A program made the translations under genes and the position numbers. Shown in pieces: positions 21,753 through 31,444 of a stretch of DNA of 64,000 nucleotides; the stretch's first letter is position 1; every line of letters starts with the position of its first letter. The notes below the pieces were generated by a model that searched no databases, was not told the origin of the DNA, and saw nothing but the letters and a program-made list of their open reading frames with translations. This DNA is from Candidatus Latescibacterota bacterium (GTDB taxonomy: Bacteria; Latescibacterota; UBA2968; UBA8231): the NCBI GenBank assembly GCA_965219385.1, contig CBDCNM010000001.1:1104631-1168630 (forward strand). The letters are read 5' to 3'.

Positions 21753-23966
21753 CTATCCACTGGCGCACCTCGCCTCGTAGTAGCGCTTGAGCTGGTGGAA
21801 GGCAGCCGCCATCTTCACCGGCCTCGTGCGCACCCCTGTGGGAATCTCGCGGCTCCAACTCAAAGACAGGTAACGCCGGGCCCGGGTGATACCCACATAA
21901 AGCAAACGCAAACGTTCGGCGATGATTTCCATATGGGCGACCTCGGTTGCGGAGAAGATTTCTGTCTGGCCTACCCCGGTCAACTCCAGCAGGGCGGTCC
22001 TGGCCTCGGCCCCCGGGTCGCCTCCCAGAAACCCGTACTCGCCCAGAAAATGGTCCTCAAGGACGTGGGGAAACCAATCCCCGTCCACGCCCATCAAATA
22101 AACCAGATCCCACTCCAACCCCTTGGCTTTGTGCATGGTGGTCAGAGTAATTCGCCCGGGCCGGGGCTCAAAGGGAAGATCCTCGGGCAGGAGCACCCTG
22201 GATTTGCCGCGTACTATCTGGTCCAGTTCGTGGGCTAAATCTGGCAACCGCCAGTCCAGGTTTTGCTCGGCGCTGCTCCGCAGGTATGCAGCCAGCTTCT
22301 GGGACCGGGCCAGATCGGCCTCCATGAGTATATCCTGAGCTACGGTCATTACCAGCTGGTCAATGGGCAGAGAGGATGCCCGCAGCCAACGCCGCAGGTA
22401 ATCAGCCAGGACGCGGATATCTTCCATGTCCTCAGGGGGCACGTCACCCACCAGGGGCAGAGCGTTTCCGGGGCGCTCATCCGGTCCGGGAAAGAGAAGG
22501 ACCTCCGGCCGGTAACAACTGCGCAGCAACATGGCCACATTTTCTGCATCTCCCCGCCCTTCCTCTCCGGGCATCACCTCACTCAGACCGGCATATAATA
22601 ATTCTAAATAATTGCGCTGTAAAGGGTTAGAAATATAGGATAATACCTGGCTCAAGATCTCGGCCACCTGCCGTTCCGGCCGGGTGCTCTGCAGCATTTC
22701 GTCAAATGGAACCCTGGATTCCCTCAGGTACTCGGCCAGATCGTAGCCGATTCTATTGGTGGGCACCAGGATGGCCAGGGTTTGTTCGGGATTCTTTTCA
22801 GCGTACCGCCTGGCGCGCCGGGCAATGTCCTGGAGTTCCTCCACGCGGTTGTTGTACTCGCGGAAGGCCACACTGCTGGCCTCGTCAGCCGGATTCTGCT
22901 GGGCATCGCCCGGATCCGTGGCTCTGATCCGCTGCCGCCGGAAGGCCTGTTGTGCCACGGCAATCAGGGGATGGTGGTCGCAGGTCCACTCCACCAGATG
23001 GTTGGCCAGATCCATGATCCGCCGGGCGCTGCGCCCCGAAACCGCCATTTCCATGGTATCGACCTCGGACCTTTCTAGAAAACGTCGCAGATGGCGTGGA
23101 TCCGCCGCGGTGAAGCTGCTCATTATGGATTGATTGGGATCCCCCACCCGTATCCAGTTGCCTTTCTCGCCCGCCAGCAGGCCCAAAAGCTCTTCTTGCA
23201 GCGGTATACTGTCCTGGGCCTCGTCCTCGAGGACGAGGGGCCAGCGCCGCTGCAAGCGCTCCCTCAGATCCGGGTGGTTTTCCAGCAGGTTCACGGCCGT
23301 GGCCACCAGATCGTCGAAGTCGAGGCCCCCGATGGTCTCCACCTGCAGCTGGTAGATCTGGTAGATCTGGGCGCCGATTCTCAGGAATTGATCCACCTCT
23401 CCGCTGCCGACCGCTTGAATCGCATCCAGTAAAACCTCCGGCTTGATCCGTCGGTTCTTGGCGGCACTGATGACAGTCCGAGCGACGTTCTGGGCGATCC
23501 TGCGCCACTCCGGCTCCCAGTGTTCGTCGTAGTACTCGCCCGGTGCCAGGCGCCCCCAGGTCCGGGTGTTCTGACTGTTCCAGATGCGCACGGACTTTTC
23601 GAGCAGGTTGGCACTGGCGCGCTCGTCCAGCACCTCGAAATCTGCGGTGGTGCCGGCCAATCCCGGGTTGGCCTGGACGATTCCGTAGGACAGACTGTGC
23701 AAGGTCCGCACATCGTAGCCAATCTGGAGCAACCCCATATCGTCCAGACGCTCGCGGATTCGGGATTTGAGATGGTCCACGGCCGCATTCTGGTAGGTGA
23801 CCACCAGCACCTGCCCTCCCGAAGTCAGCCGCCGGGCGATCAGCTGAGCCGCAAGCGCCGCGATAGTGGTGGTTTTACCGCTTCCCGGCACCGCGGACAC
23901 CCCCATCATCCCCCCCTGGTACTCCATGATTTCTCGCTGTCCCCGACGCGGGCGAAAGGCGCTCAT
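21753..23966 (-). CDS. UvrD/REP-family (SF1) ATP-dependent helicase
   Basis: AVPGSGKT, DEAQD, VGDPNQSI, TMHKAKGLEWD, RLLYVGITRAR. Confidence 0.92.
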   Translation of the reverse strand: MSAFRPRRGQREIMEYQGGMMGVSAVPGSGKTTTIAALAAQLIARRLTSGGQVLVVTYQNAAVDHLKSRIRERLDDMGLLQIGYDVRTLHSLSYGIVQANPGLAGTTADFEVLDERASANLLEKSVRIWNSQNTRTWGRLAPGEYYDEHWEPEWRRIAQNVARTVISAAKNRRIKPEVLLDAIQAVGSGEVDQFLRIGAQIYQIYQLQVETIGGLDFDDLVATAVNLLENHPDLRERLQRRWPLVLEDEAQDSIPLQEELLGLLAGEKGNWIRVGDPNQSIMSSFTAADPRHLRRFLERSEVDTMEMAVSGRSARRIMDLANHLVEWTCDHHPLIAVAQQAFRRQRIRATDPGDAQQNPADEASSVAFREYNNRVEELQDIARRARRYAEKNPEQTLAILVPTNRIGYDLAEYLRESRVPFDEMLQSTRPERQVAEILSQVLSYISNPLQRNYLELLYAGLSEVMPGEEGRGDAENVAMLLRSCYRPEVLLFPGPDERPGNALPLVGDVPPEDMEDIRVLADYLRRWLRASSLPIDQLVMTVAQDILMEADLARSQKLAAYLRSSAEQNLDWRLPDLAHELDQIVRGKSRVLLPEDLPFEPRPGRITLTTMHKAKGLEWDLVYLMGVDGDWFPHVLEDHFLGEYGFLGGDPGAEARTALLELTGVGQTEIFSATEVAHMEIIAERLRLLYVGITRARRYLSLSWSREIPTGVRTRPVKMAAAFHQLKRYYEARCASG

Positions 23967-26047
23967 GCCACCTCCTGCAAAACTTGATGAACCGCCTGGA
24001 GGAGTGGACTATCCTGGGGCTCGCCTTTGCCCTGCAGCTCACTGGTGCACAGGTAGATCCCCTCCGTGCAACGCCGGGAAAGCCCCTGGACCAGACGGAA
24101 CAAGCTCTGGTTGCGGATCTTAAAATCGACCGCGTCCGTCCACCGAGCTCCCGGCTCCCAGCGCCGGGAGAGTACGTGGTGGTTGGTCAGCGGCTGGTGC
24201 AAAGGTTCCCACCAGCTGATCGAACCGATGTCCAGCCAGAACTGGAAGCGAACCTTGCGGTTGCTGAGCAAGTAGGTATAAACCGGCGCCACCAAGGCGA
24301 TGGACTCGGGCGCCGCCTCCACGTCCTCCTGAAACGCCAGGTGCTGAGCCGCCACCACCCCCGCCAGGACCATCTCGACATACCGCCGGCCCAGGTGCTT
24401 GCCCTCCAGCCCCATGGCCGGTCCGGCCTGGCGGAAGGCAGTGGCCGAGGCAATCAGTTTGCTGTACACCGCAGCGTCCTCCGGGCTCAGGTCCAGGGTT
24501 GAAAGGACCTCTCCGAAAAGCCGGCGCAGGAAGTGGTCGAATGCCATGGGTTCTCCCTCCCCATAGGCCTGAAGCCACTCCCCGAGCCGGTCGTAACGCT
24601 CGAGCACCGTCCCTCCGATGCGCTCCTGCATTTCTGCGTTCAACTTCTCCCGGGGCAACAGTTTACCCCCTTTGGGATCGTAGAGGTAACGGGTGGCCAG
24701 CGCCGCCCGGAGCGGATCCAAAGGGGCCAGCGCCAACCCCAGAGCCTCACCCACATCAAAAGCCTGAGGTCGCAAACCCCAGGCCGGATGCGCCAGACTC
24801 GCCAGACTCAGACAGGCTCGGGCCACGGGTTCCTCGCGCAGACTTTCGAAGCGCCGCACCACGGCAAAGGGGATATCCGCGGCTTTGAAGGCCTCGCCCA
24901 GCATGAAACGCAAGACTCCATCGGTGTAGGGGGCAACCACCGCGATTTCCCCTGGAGCAACTCCTCTGTTTATCAGATCGAGGGTTCTGCGGGCGACCTC
25001 TTCGATCATCTGCGCCCGGTAGCGGGTCTGGACCAGGGCGGCAATGGCCCGCCGCGGCTCTCCGGCTGAAGGTATTTCCACATCCTGTTCCAGACACCTT
25101 CCCAGACGAGTGGCAAAAGCGGAGATGTGCGGATTAAACCGCTCTTCTGGTTGCCGGCGAACACATTCTTTGCAGGCCTGGCGGAGTTGCAGGGCTCCCA
25201 CAACATCCACCCCCAGAAAGACCCGAAAACCCCCGTCCTGGTCACAGGCCAGTAAGCTCGAGTCGCATATCGCTAGCAGACGGCCGATCAGATCCTGGGC
25301 TACGGGCAAGGTTTCGTCGAGTTGGTCCACCAGAACATGGCGGAAGCGCTCGCTAAAATACCGCCAGAAAGCTCTCTTTTCCACTAGGTGATGGTGGAAG
25401 ACCTCAATGACGAGAGAAAAATCCAACAGGCCATATTGCACGGCGTGGCCCCGGAACAACTCGATGCACTCTTGGGCCTGGGTATAATACCGCAGGCGGG
25501 TCTCCTCTCCGGTCCAGGCAGCGCGCAGCCGGCCCTCAATTTCACCGATTGGGTAGCCATTGACCGCCGCCTTATTGAGGTTGTCGAGCAGTTGGGAGAG
25601 AATCCTTTGCGGCCTCATGGCCAGACCCTCGAAATAACCCTGAGCAAGCTGAGGTACTATAAGCTGGCTCATGAGGTACTGGGCCGTCTCGTAGTTGAGG
25701 AAAACAGGAGGGCGCTGGGGGGCGGCAAACCCTGCTTCCACAGCCACCAGAGGCCAGAACAAGCGCACCAGCCGGCACGCCAGACTGTAATATGTGTGGA
25801 GCTCTACGGAACCATAGGGCCCCAGTTCCATCCGGGCGATTTCTTCCCCGTAGCGCGCCCTGGAGGCAGGATCCGGCAACAGCACCAGAATGGAATATCC
25901 CGGGACCCCCGAATCCAGCAGATGGCGCAGGCGTCCCAGCAGGGCTGCGCTCTTGCCGGATCCTGCCGGCCCCTCGATGAAACAGGTGTGGTTGTGGTCC
26001 ATCGGGCTTTCTACGATTGGGATAAAACCGCGATCCATGTTTCCCAT
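23963..26047 (-). CDS. Degenerate UvrD-like P-loop protein, probable partner of the adjacent helicase
   Basis: Walker A GPAGSGKS, degenerate Walker B VLVDQLDE, GLLDFS; no recognisable motifs V/VI; 4-bp ATGA overlap with the helicase. Confidence 0.7.
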   Translation of the reverse strand: MGNMDRGFIPIVESPMDHNHTCFIEGPAGSGKSAALLGRLRHLLDSGVPGYSILVLLPDPASRARYGEEIARMELGPYGSVELHTYYSLACRLVRLFWPLVAVEAGFAAPQRPPVFLNYETAQYLMSQLIVPQLAQGYFEGLAMRPQRILSQLLDNLNKAAVNGYPIGEIEGRLRAAWTGEETRLRYYTQAQECIELFRGHAVQYGLLDFSLVIEVFHHHLVEKRAFWRYFSERFRHVLVDQLDETLPVAQDLIGRLLAICDSSLLACDQDGGFRVFLGVDVVGALQLRQACKECVRRQPEERFNPHISAFATRLGRCLEQDVEIPSAGEPRRAIAALVQTRYRAQMIEEVARRTLDLINRGVAPGEIAVVAPYTDGVLRFMLGEAFKAADIPFAVVRRFESLREEPVARACLSLASLAHPAWGLRPQAFDVGEALGLALAPLDPLRAALATRYLYDPKGGKLLPREKLNAEMQERIGGTVLERYDRLGEWLQAYGEGEPMAFDHFLRRLFGEVLSTLDLSPEDAAVYSKLIASATAFRQAGPAMGLEGKHLGRRYVEMVLAGVVAAQHLAFQEDVEAAPESIALVAPVYTYLLSNRKVRFQFWLDIGSISWWEPLHQPLTNHHVLSRRWEPGARWTDAVDFKIRNQSLFRLVQGLSRRCTEGIYLCTSELQGKGEPQDSPLLQAVHQVLQEVA

Positions 26048-26152
26048 GCCTCAGTAAATAAAACAAGTTAGAAAAATAACACCGCCGATTCACAGCTTGC
26101 ATGGCGGGGACTCCTGGCCCGCGGTTTTGTACCCCCGTTGCCTGGCATGTAC

Positions 26153-26181
26153 AAAAAAAGGACAGGTATGAAACCCTGTCC
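26153..26181 (-). terminator. Intrinsic terminator after the PTS IIA gene
   Basis: Minus strand GGACAGG-GTTTCATA-CCTGTCC followed by TTTTTTT. Confidence 0.75.
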
Positions 26182-26211
26182 ATAGAAATATTACCTGCGG
26201 AAAACCCCGAT

Positions 26212-26673
26212 TCAGCCCTGCTTGCCGGCCTTGAAAATCTCGACCACCTCCGCGGCATTGGCCGCCTGCATCAAGCTCTGGCGCACTTCTTTGTGCTGCA
26301 GCAAACGCGACAATGCGGCAAGAAGCTCCATGTGTTGTTTGTGGTGCTTTTTCGGGGTGGCCAGCAATGCCACGATGTGCACCGGCTTTCCATCCACAGC
26401 TCCAAAATCAATACCTTTGCTGGAAATGCCGACCGCGAGTATCTGGCGCTGGATGGAATTCTCGTGGACGTGGGGCACCGCCACCCCATGCCCGATTCCG
26501 GTGGAGGCCTGCTGCTCCCGCCGTATCAGGTCGGCGAGAAAGCTTTTGTGGTCCTGGATGGCCTCGTCGTCCTCGAGCACGCGCCCCAGTTCCCGGATGG
26601 CCGCAATATTGCGCTTGGCCCCTAAGTTCACCAGGACGTTTTTCTCGCTCAGGATGCGCCCCCACTTCTCCAT
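26212..26673 (-). CDS. PTS IIA (PtsN/fructose-type) domain protein
   Basis: RE...STGIGHGVAVPH phospho-His motif, GIDFGAVDGKPV, HMELLA. Confidence 0.92.
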   Translation of the reverse strand: MEKWGRILSEKNVLVNLGAKRNIAAIRELGRVLEDDEAIQDHKSFLADLIRREQQASTGIGHGVAVPHVHENSIQRQILAVGISSKGIDFGAVDGKPVHIVALLATPKKHHKQHMELLAALSRLLQHKEVRQSLMQAANAAEVVEIFKAGKQG

Positions 26674-26694
26674 GCATCAACTCCTTGGGACTAT

Positions 26695-26882
26695 CAGTAC
26701 TTCACGGAATCGGCGGTCGGCCATGCGGGGCTTGTGCCTCTGGCGTTTTATGAGGCCCAGGGCGCTCTTGCCCCGCTCCCCCTTCCCGCTGCTACGCCGG
26801 CTCGCAGCTCCCACCGCCCTGCCGGCAACATCCCCTCCCGGCCTTGAGGGCCAAATAGGTACGGGTATTTCGTGAAGCACTG
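26695..26882. mobile_element. MITE family A, full copy (188 bp)
   Basis: TIRs CAGTACTTCACGGAAT / ATTTCGTGAAGCACTG, flanking ACTAT direct repeat, homologous copies at 1-66 and 48446-48689. Confidence 0.85.
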
Positions 26883-26887
26883 ACTAT

Positions 26888-27035
26888 CAATAGTTCGGAC
26901 ACTTTTTCGATTTTGAGCGGATTTCCATGGCATCAAAACTCGTAAGTGCTTATTTATCAACAAGTTGAGAATTTCAGTGCCGATTTTCCTAAGTCTTTAT
27001 TTATCAACGACTTACAAAAAGTGTCCACAGTATTG
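26888..27035. mobile_element. MITE family B (148 bp, AT-rich)
   Basis: 20-bp TIRs CAATAGTTCGGACACTTTTT / AAAAAGTGTCCACAGTATTG (17/20), CTAT direct repeat on both sides, two internal WATCAANNNNTTR matches. Confidence 0.75.
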
Positions 27036-27090
27036 CTATCTTAGAAGCCTTATTATAGGAACCGCAAAGATACGAAACCCTTTTGGAAAG

Positions 27091-28968
27091 TCAAGGCGCT
27101 CCTTTTAAGAGCTGTACTCCTTTGAGTAGTTCCGCGGCCTCCTGGTACTTGCCCATACGGCGTAGGATTCGCCCCATCAAGCGGTAGGACTGCACCTGCC
27201 ATGGATCGATATCGCGGGCGGCTTGGGCGTGTCGCAAAGCCTCTTTTAAACGGTTTTCTTTATAATGGACAATCGCCACATTGAGGCGCATGCTACGGGA
27301 GTCATAGGCAATTTCAGCCGCTTTTTGATAGGCCTGGAAGGCACGCTCGGTATGGCCCAGTCCGTGCTGCTGTTCGCCCAGCATGAACCAGTAATGGGCC
27401 TGAATCTTGCGCACCCAGGGATCGCGGTAGAGGTCGGTCTTTCGGGCATTTTCAAGCTTGATATGCCCTTTCACCGTGTCGGGTAAAACCGGATCGGGGC
27501 TGATCTGATAGCACAGACCCAGCGGAACAAAGGTGTGATCTTTCAGCGGCTTGTTGGTCGGATACAGGTAGAAAACCGGGCGTTGCCCCCGGCGGATCAA
27601 CTGCGCTTCTCTCTGGATCCTGATTTTGTTTTGCCGTCCAGGACTAAATCGATGCTCGTCTGCTCTCAGCAAATCCGTCCCCCGGCCGATCCGACTGTAA
27701 TAGGCAACATCGGGGCGCATCCCCTCTACCCTCACCAGGTAGTCGAGGAGAAAGGCGGCGGTGTCCCCAGCGGCTAACAGCACGGCATCCCGGGGCAATC
27801 CCTCCAGGATATCGCGCCCGTACTGATAGGGGATCCAGTTGCGACTGCGATCCGATTTTTGGTAATTCCCCACCAGGACCACCAGGACCACCAGGGTTCC
27901 CACCACCACCGGCGCCAGACTTCCGGGCAGCACCCGAACAAGACGCCGGGCAATATCCTCCAGTCCAAACCCCAAAAAGATAGCCAGCCCCAGAACGCTC
28001 AGCAAAAAAAATACACCCAGTCCATTGGGATCGCGGTGGTAGTTCCAGGCCGCCCCCAGATTTGCCAGGATGGTCAGCCCCGCCACTATCGCTGTACCAC
28101 GGTCCCGCTTCCATGCCACCCATCCCCCCCACACCGGTAGGACCACCAGCAACGGATGAAACTCCTCCATTATCTGGAACCCCCAACGCTGGGCATTGAG
28201 CAACGCCCCCTCCCAGGGTATGGCGCCAAAGGACGGCCGGTACAAAGCACCGCTGAGGTGGCCCCAGAGCTGATCCAGGGTATCGAGGGGATCCCAGTGA
28301 AAGCCCGGCCCCCTTCCATTGCGCAACGGCAGATAGAGCACCAAGCTGTAGCCCCCAACCGCGGCCAGCAGGGCCTTTCCCAGCAGAATCGGGCCAGGCC
28401 ACCGGCCTTTCCAGCGCCACCCCAGCAGGATGGCCAGCCCGGGCCAGACCAGTACGTGGCTCAGGTGCGTGGTCAACCCCAGCCCCATCAAAAAGCCCAG
28501 CACTACAAACCAGCGGTCTTCCCGCTTTTCCACGGCCTGGATCCCAGCCGCCATGACCACTACCACTGCAAAGGAACTCAGACCGTAGACCTCGGCTATG
28601 ACCGCCTGGCTCCAGAATGTGCTGGAGAATCCAAAACCAAGCCCGGCGGCCAGCGCCGTCCATGCCTGACAGCCACGCCAGTGCAAAAAAAGGGTCAGGG
28701 CGGTAGCGGTCAGGGCCCCGGTAAAAGCAGTCGCCATATTGATCTTGTAGGCGACTGAAGCAAAGGGCAGAAAGGCCGAAAACAGACGCCCTACCAGGCA
28801 AAAAAGCGGATACCCGGTGGGATGTGGCGTGCCCAGAAAATGGGTGGCGCCGATGAGTTCGCCGGTACCTTCTACGTACACCGTGGGACACAGAGTCAGC
28901 AGGTAGAACAGGAAGGAAAAGGCAAACGCGGCCGGCCCAACCCAGTATTTTTCTAGCCAGGGTGGAAT
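27091..28968 (-). CDS. DUF2723/TMEM260-like GT-C protein O-glycosyltransferase with C-terminal TPRs
   Basis: YLLTLCPTV..GTGEL, GTPHPTGYPL, WSQAVIAEVY, LYLPLR, RPDV, TPR-like C-terminus. First canonical start is GTG 28881, but the open frame extends to ATT 28968. Confidence 0.8.
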   Translation of the reverse strand: MPPWLEKYWVGPAAFAFSFLFYLLTLCPTVYVEGTGELIGATHFLGTPHPTGYPLFCLVGRLFSAFLPFASVAYKINMATAFTGALTATALTLFLHWRGCQAWTALAAGLGFGFSSTFWSQAVIAEVYGLSSFAVVVVMAAGIQAVEKREDRWFVVLGFLMGLGLTTHLSHVLVWPGLAILLGWRWKGRWPGPILLGKALLAAVGGYSLVLYLPLRNGRGPGFHWDPLDTLDQLWGHLSGALYRPSFGAIPWEGALLNAQRWGFQIMEEFHPLLVVLPVWGGWVAWKRDRGTAIVAGLTILANLGAAWNYHRDPNGLGVFFLLSVLGLAIFLGFGLEDIARRLVRVLPGSLAPVVVGTLVVLVVLVGNYQKSDRSRNWIPYQYGRDILEGLPRDAVLLAAGDTAAFLLDYLVRVEGMRPDVAYYSRIGRGTDLLRADEHRFSPGRQNKIRIQREAQLIRRGQRPVFYLYPTNKPLKDHTFVPLGLCYQISPDPVLPDTVKGHIKLENARKTDLYRDPWVRKIQAHYWFMLGEQQHGLGHTERAFQAYQKAAEIAYDSRSMRLNVAIVHYKENRLKEALRHAQAARDIDPWQVQSYRLMGRILRRMGKYQEAAELLKGVQLLKGAP

Positions 28969-28969
28969 T

Positions 28970-31444
28970 TTAGCCCCCTCCCCATACCCAGAGCGCCCGA
29001 CTCCGTTGCAGTCCTTGGGCCCAAATTGGCCACTGAGTCACCAGGGCGTGGATCACTACAATCGCCACTCCTTGCAAGGTCCAGGCTTTAAAACGGCGCC
29101 CAGCCACCGGGGAAGGCGTTTTCTCCCCGCACCTCTGGCCACGGCCCCATACCAGCAAAAATACCCATAAAACAAGACCCCCTGCGCTGCCCCACGCCCC
29201 CAGCCGGAAGCTGAGCGGACGGTAGCGGAAAATGACTTGATTTGCCCCCGGGGCCACTGCGACGGCGCGGAAGACGTGGTTGGCCCGCAAAATCCTCTGT
29301 TCCCGTCCATCCACCCAGGCCTGCCACCCCGGATAATAGGTATCGCTCAGGACCAGAAAGCCACCCTGGTGATCTTCCAGTTCGATTTCGACTTCTTCCG
29401 GGCTGTACGAGACTATGTTTACTCCTGCCCTACCACGACCGCCTTTGCGGTCCGGGAGGATCGATGGTTCTTCCTCCAGAACCACCTGCCGACTCGGCTC
29501 GAAAGCAGGATTTTGCAGGTACTGGAGCCGCTTCTCGGCGTCGGGGATCAGCCGATAATCCCCTACCAGGTAGGCGCGCGGCAGGGCCTGGACATTGCGA
29601 TATACCTTCACGTCTCCGTCGAATCCAAGCTCGAGCCCGGTCTGATTCAGGGGCTGGTAGCTCACTAGGTAATCTATTCCGGCCAGTGAAACAAAGGCCG
29701 GATACCCCCGGGCGAATTGCCAGTGGCGCCGCAGGTGCAATGGACTCCACCCCGGCAGGACGTTGGCCAACCCATACAAGCTGCCGGTATAATAGCGCAG
29801 GGTCCCGGGATACTGGCGATAGGAGCGTTGCTCGTGCACCCAACCCGAATGCCAGTCGTAGGGCGAATTTTTTTCCGATACCAGACTCAGCAGGCGCGGC
29901 TGAACCCCATTGGACACCTCGGCATCCTCCAATATGAAAGCAGCCGAATGCGGTATTTTTTGATACACCTGGGGGTCGATCAATGCATTAAACCTGTGGC
30001 CAAAACTAAATAAATCCCCGTACACCACCAGCACCGCGCCCAGGGCCAGAATCCGGTGTTTCTTCCCCCCGCCCCCCCGGTGTGCCAGGATAACCCCCCC
30101 CGCTCCCAGCACCAGGACACAGCGCAACAGGTCGAACTGCAAATCCTGCTGGTAGTGAACCAGGATGCCTCCCCATTTCTCTTGGAGCCCGGCCGCTTCG
30201 GCCAAAACAACCTCGCGGTTTAACCAGGCCATGCTCCCGGCTATCAGCGCCGTGAAACCACAAAGGTACCACCAGCCCTTATGACGCTCCCCCGTCCCCG
30301 TCCGCAAGACCCGGTCCAGCCCCAGGCCGCTGAGCACGGCTATGCCAAAGGCAAACCACTGCAGGAAACGGGTCGGGATCCGAAAAAAGTTCAAGCCCGG
30401 TACATTGTATAAAACCTCGTATACCGCGGTAAAACGTCCCAGCACTAAAATCAGGGCAAGGCCGCAGAGGGCACCGAAGAATCCACTGCACCCATCCCTG
30501 CGTTCCCTGAGCGCTACCAGAGACAGCAACAAAGGCAATATCCCCATGTAGGCACACAGCTGGATATAAAACCCGGCTTCCCTGCCCCAGTAGGATCCGG
30601 TGGATGAATTGCCGAAAAAATTCGGCAACAGCAAGGTGATCAAGCGCTCCGGCGGCAACGACATACTCACAAAGCGCCTAAAGTCTACTCCCTCGCTGCG
30701 CCCCGACAGGGCCACCAGTTCGACGGTGGGCACCAGCTGCACCGCCGCCAGCCCCGCCCCGATGAACGGAATTGCCAGCAGCAGCGCCCAGAATCTCCAG
30801 CCCGGGCGCTGTTCCAGGCCCCGGTAAATCCCATACAGCAGGCCCGCACCCACCGAGTACACAGTGGCCTGCGCATGACCGGCCAGGAACTGCCCCCCCA
30901 CTACACCTGCCGCCAGCAACAGGTATGTACAGCGATTGCGTCGAAGGGCCAGTTCAATCAGGAAGAAGAAAACCGGCATCCAGGCACACACGTCGAGATA
31001 GTTGAACGACATGGCGCGGACCACCAGAAATCCGCTGCACGAATAGACCAGCCCTCCGCACAGAGCCGCAATCCGGATGCAACCCACCAAGCGCAAAAAC
31101 CCGTAGGTACCCATGCCGGCCAGCCAAAAGTGAAAAATGAGGTTGTAGTTCAGGGCGGCAAAGGTGGGAAGCAAGATGGCCGTCAGAAGGTTGAAAAAAT
31201 AAAGAGGACCGGCCTGCCCTTCGGCAAACAAAGGAAATCCGTAGTTGATTTCAGGGGTCCACAGCGGCAGGGTTAAATCTTTGAGAGCCCGGGCAAAAAA
31301 ATGCCGGAAAGGATAGTTTTGGACCATCACATCCTGGACGAAAAACGCACCTTGCAGCAATGCGGCTTTCGCGAAAAAGGCCACTACCCCCCCGGCCAGG
31401 ACGCCTGCCACCCCCAGCTCTTTTCCTACCTCCCGTCTATTCAC
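28970..31444 (-). CDS. YfhO-family multi-pass membrane protein (GT-C-like)
   Basis: LPLWTP...GFPLFA, LAGHAQ, LAAVQLVP, FRIPTRF, LPRAYL, LVLSDTYYPGWQAWVDG, RAV.V.PG. Confidence 0.85.
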   Translation of the reverse strand: MNRREVGKELGVAGVLAGGVVAFFAKAALLQGAFFVQDVMVQNYPFRHFFARALKDLTLPLWTPEINYGFPLFAEGQAGPLYFFNLLTAILLPTFAALNYNLIFHFWLAGMGTYGFLRLVGCIRIAALCGGLVYSCSGFLVVRAMSFNYLDVCAWMPVFFFLIELALRRNRCTYLLLAAGVVGGQFLAGHAQATVYSVGAGLLYGIYRGLEQRPGWRFWALLLAIPFIGAGLAAVQLVPTVELVALSGRSEGVDFRRFVSMSLPPERLITLLLPNFFGNSSTGSYWGREAGFYIQLCAYMGILPLLLSLVALRERRDGCSGFFGALCGLALILVLGRFTAVYEVLYNVPGLNFFRIPTRFLQWFAFGIAVLSGLGLDRVLRTGTGERHKGWWYLCGFTALIAGSMAWLNREVVLAEAAGLQEKWGGILVHYQQDLQFDLLRCVLVLGAGGVILAHRGGGGKKHRILALGAVLVVYGDLFSFGHRFNALIDPQVYQKIPHSAAFILEDAEVSNGVQPRLLSLVSEKNSPYDWHSGWVHEQRSYRQYPGTLRYYTGSLYGLANVLPGWSPLHLRRHWQFARGYPAFVSLAGIDYLVSYQPLNQTGLELGFDGDVKVYRNVQALPRAYLVGDYRLIPDAEKRLQYLQNPAFEPSRQVVLEEEPSILPDRKGGRGRAGVNIVSYSPEEVEIELEDHQGGFLVLSDTYYPGWQAWVDGREQRILRANHVFRAVAVAPGANQVIFRYRPLSFRLGAWGSAGGLVLWVFLLVWGRGQRCGEKTPSPVAGRRFKAWTLQGVAIVVIHALVTQWPIWAQGLQRSRALWVWGGG

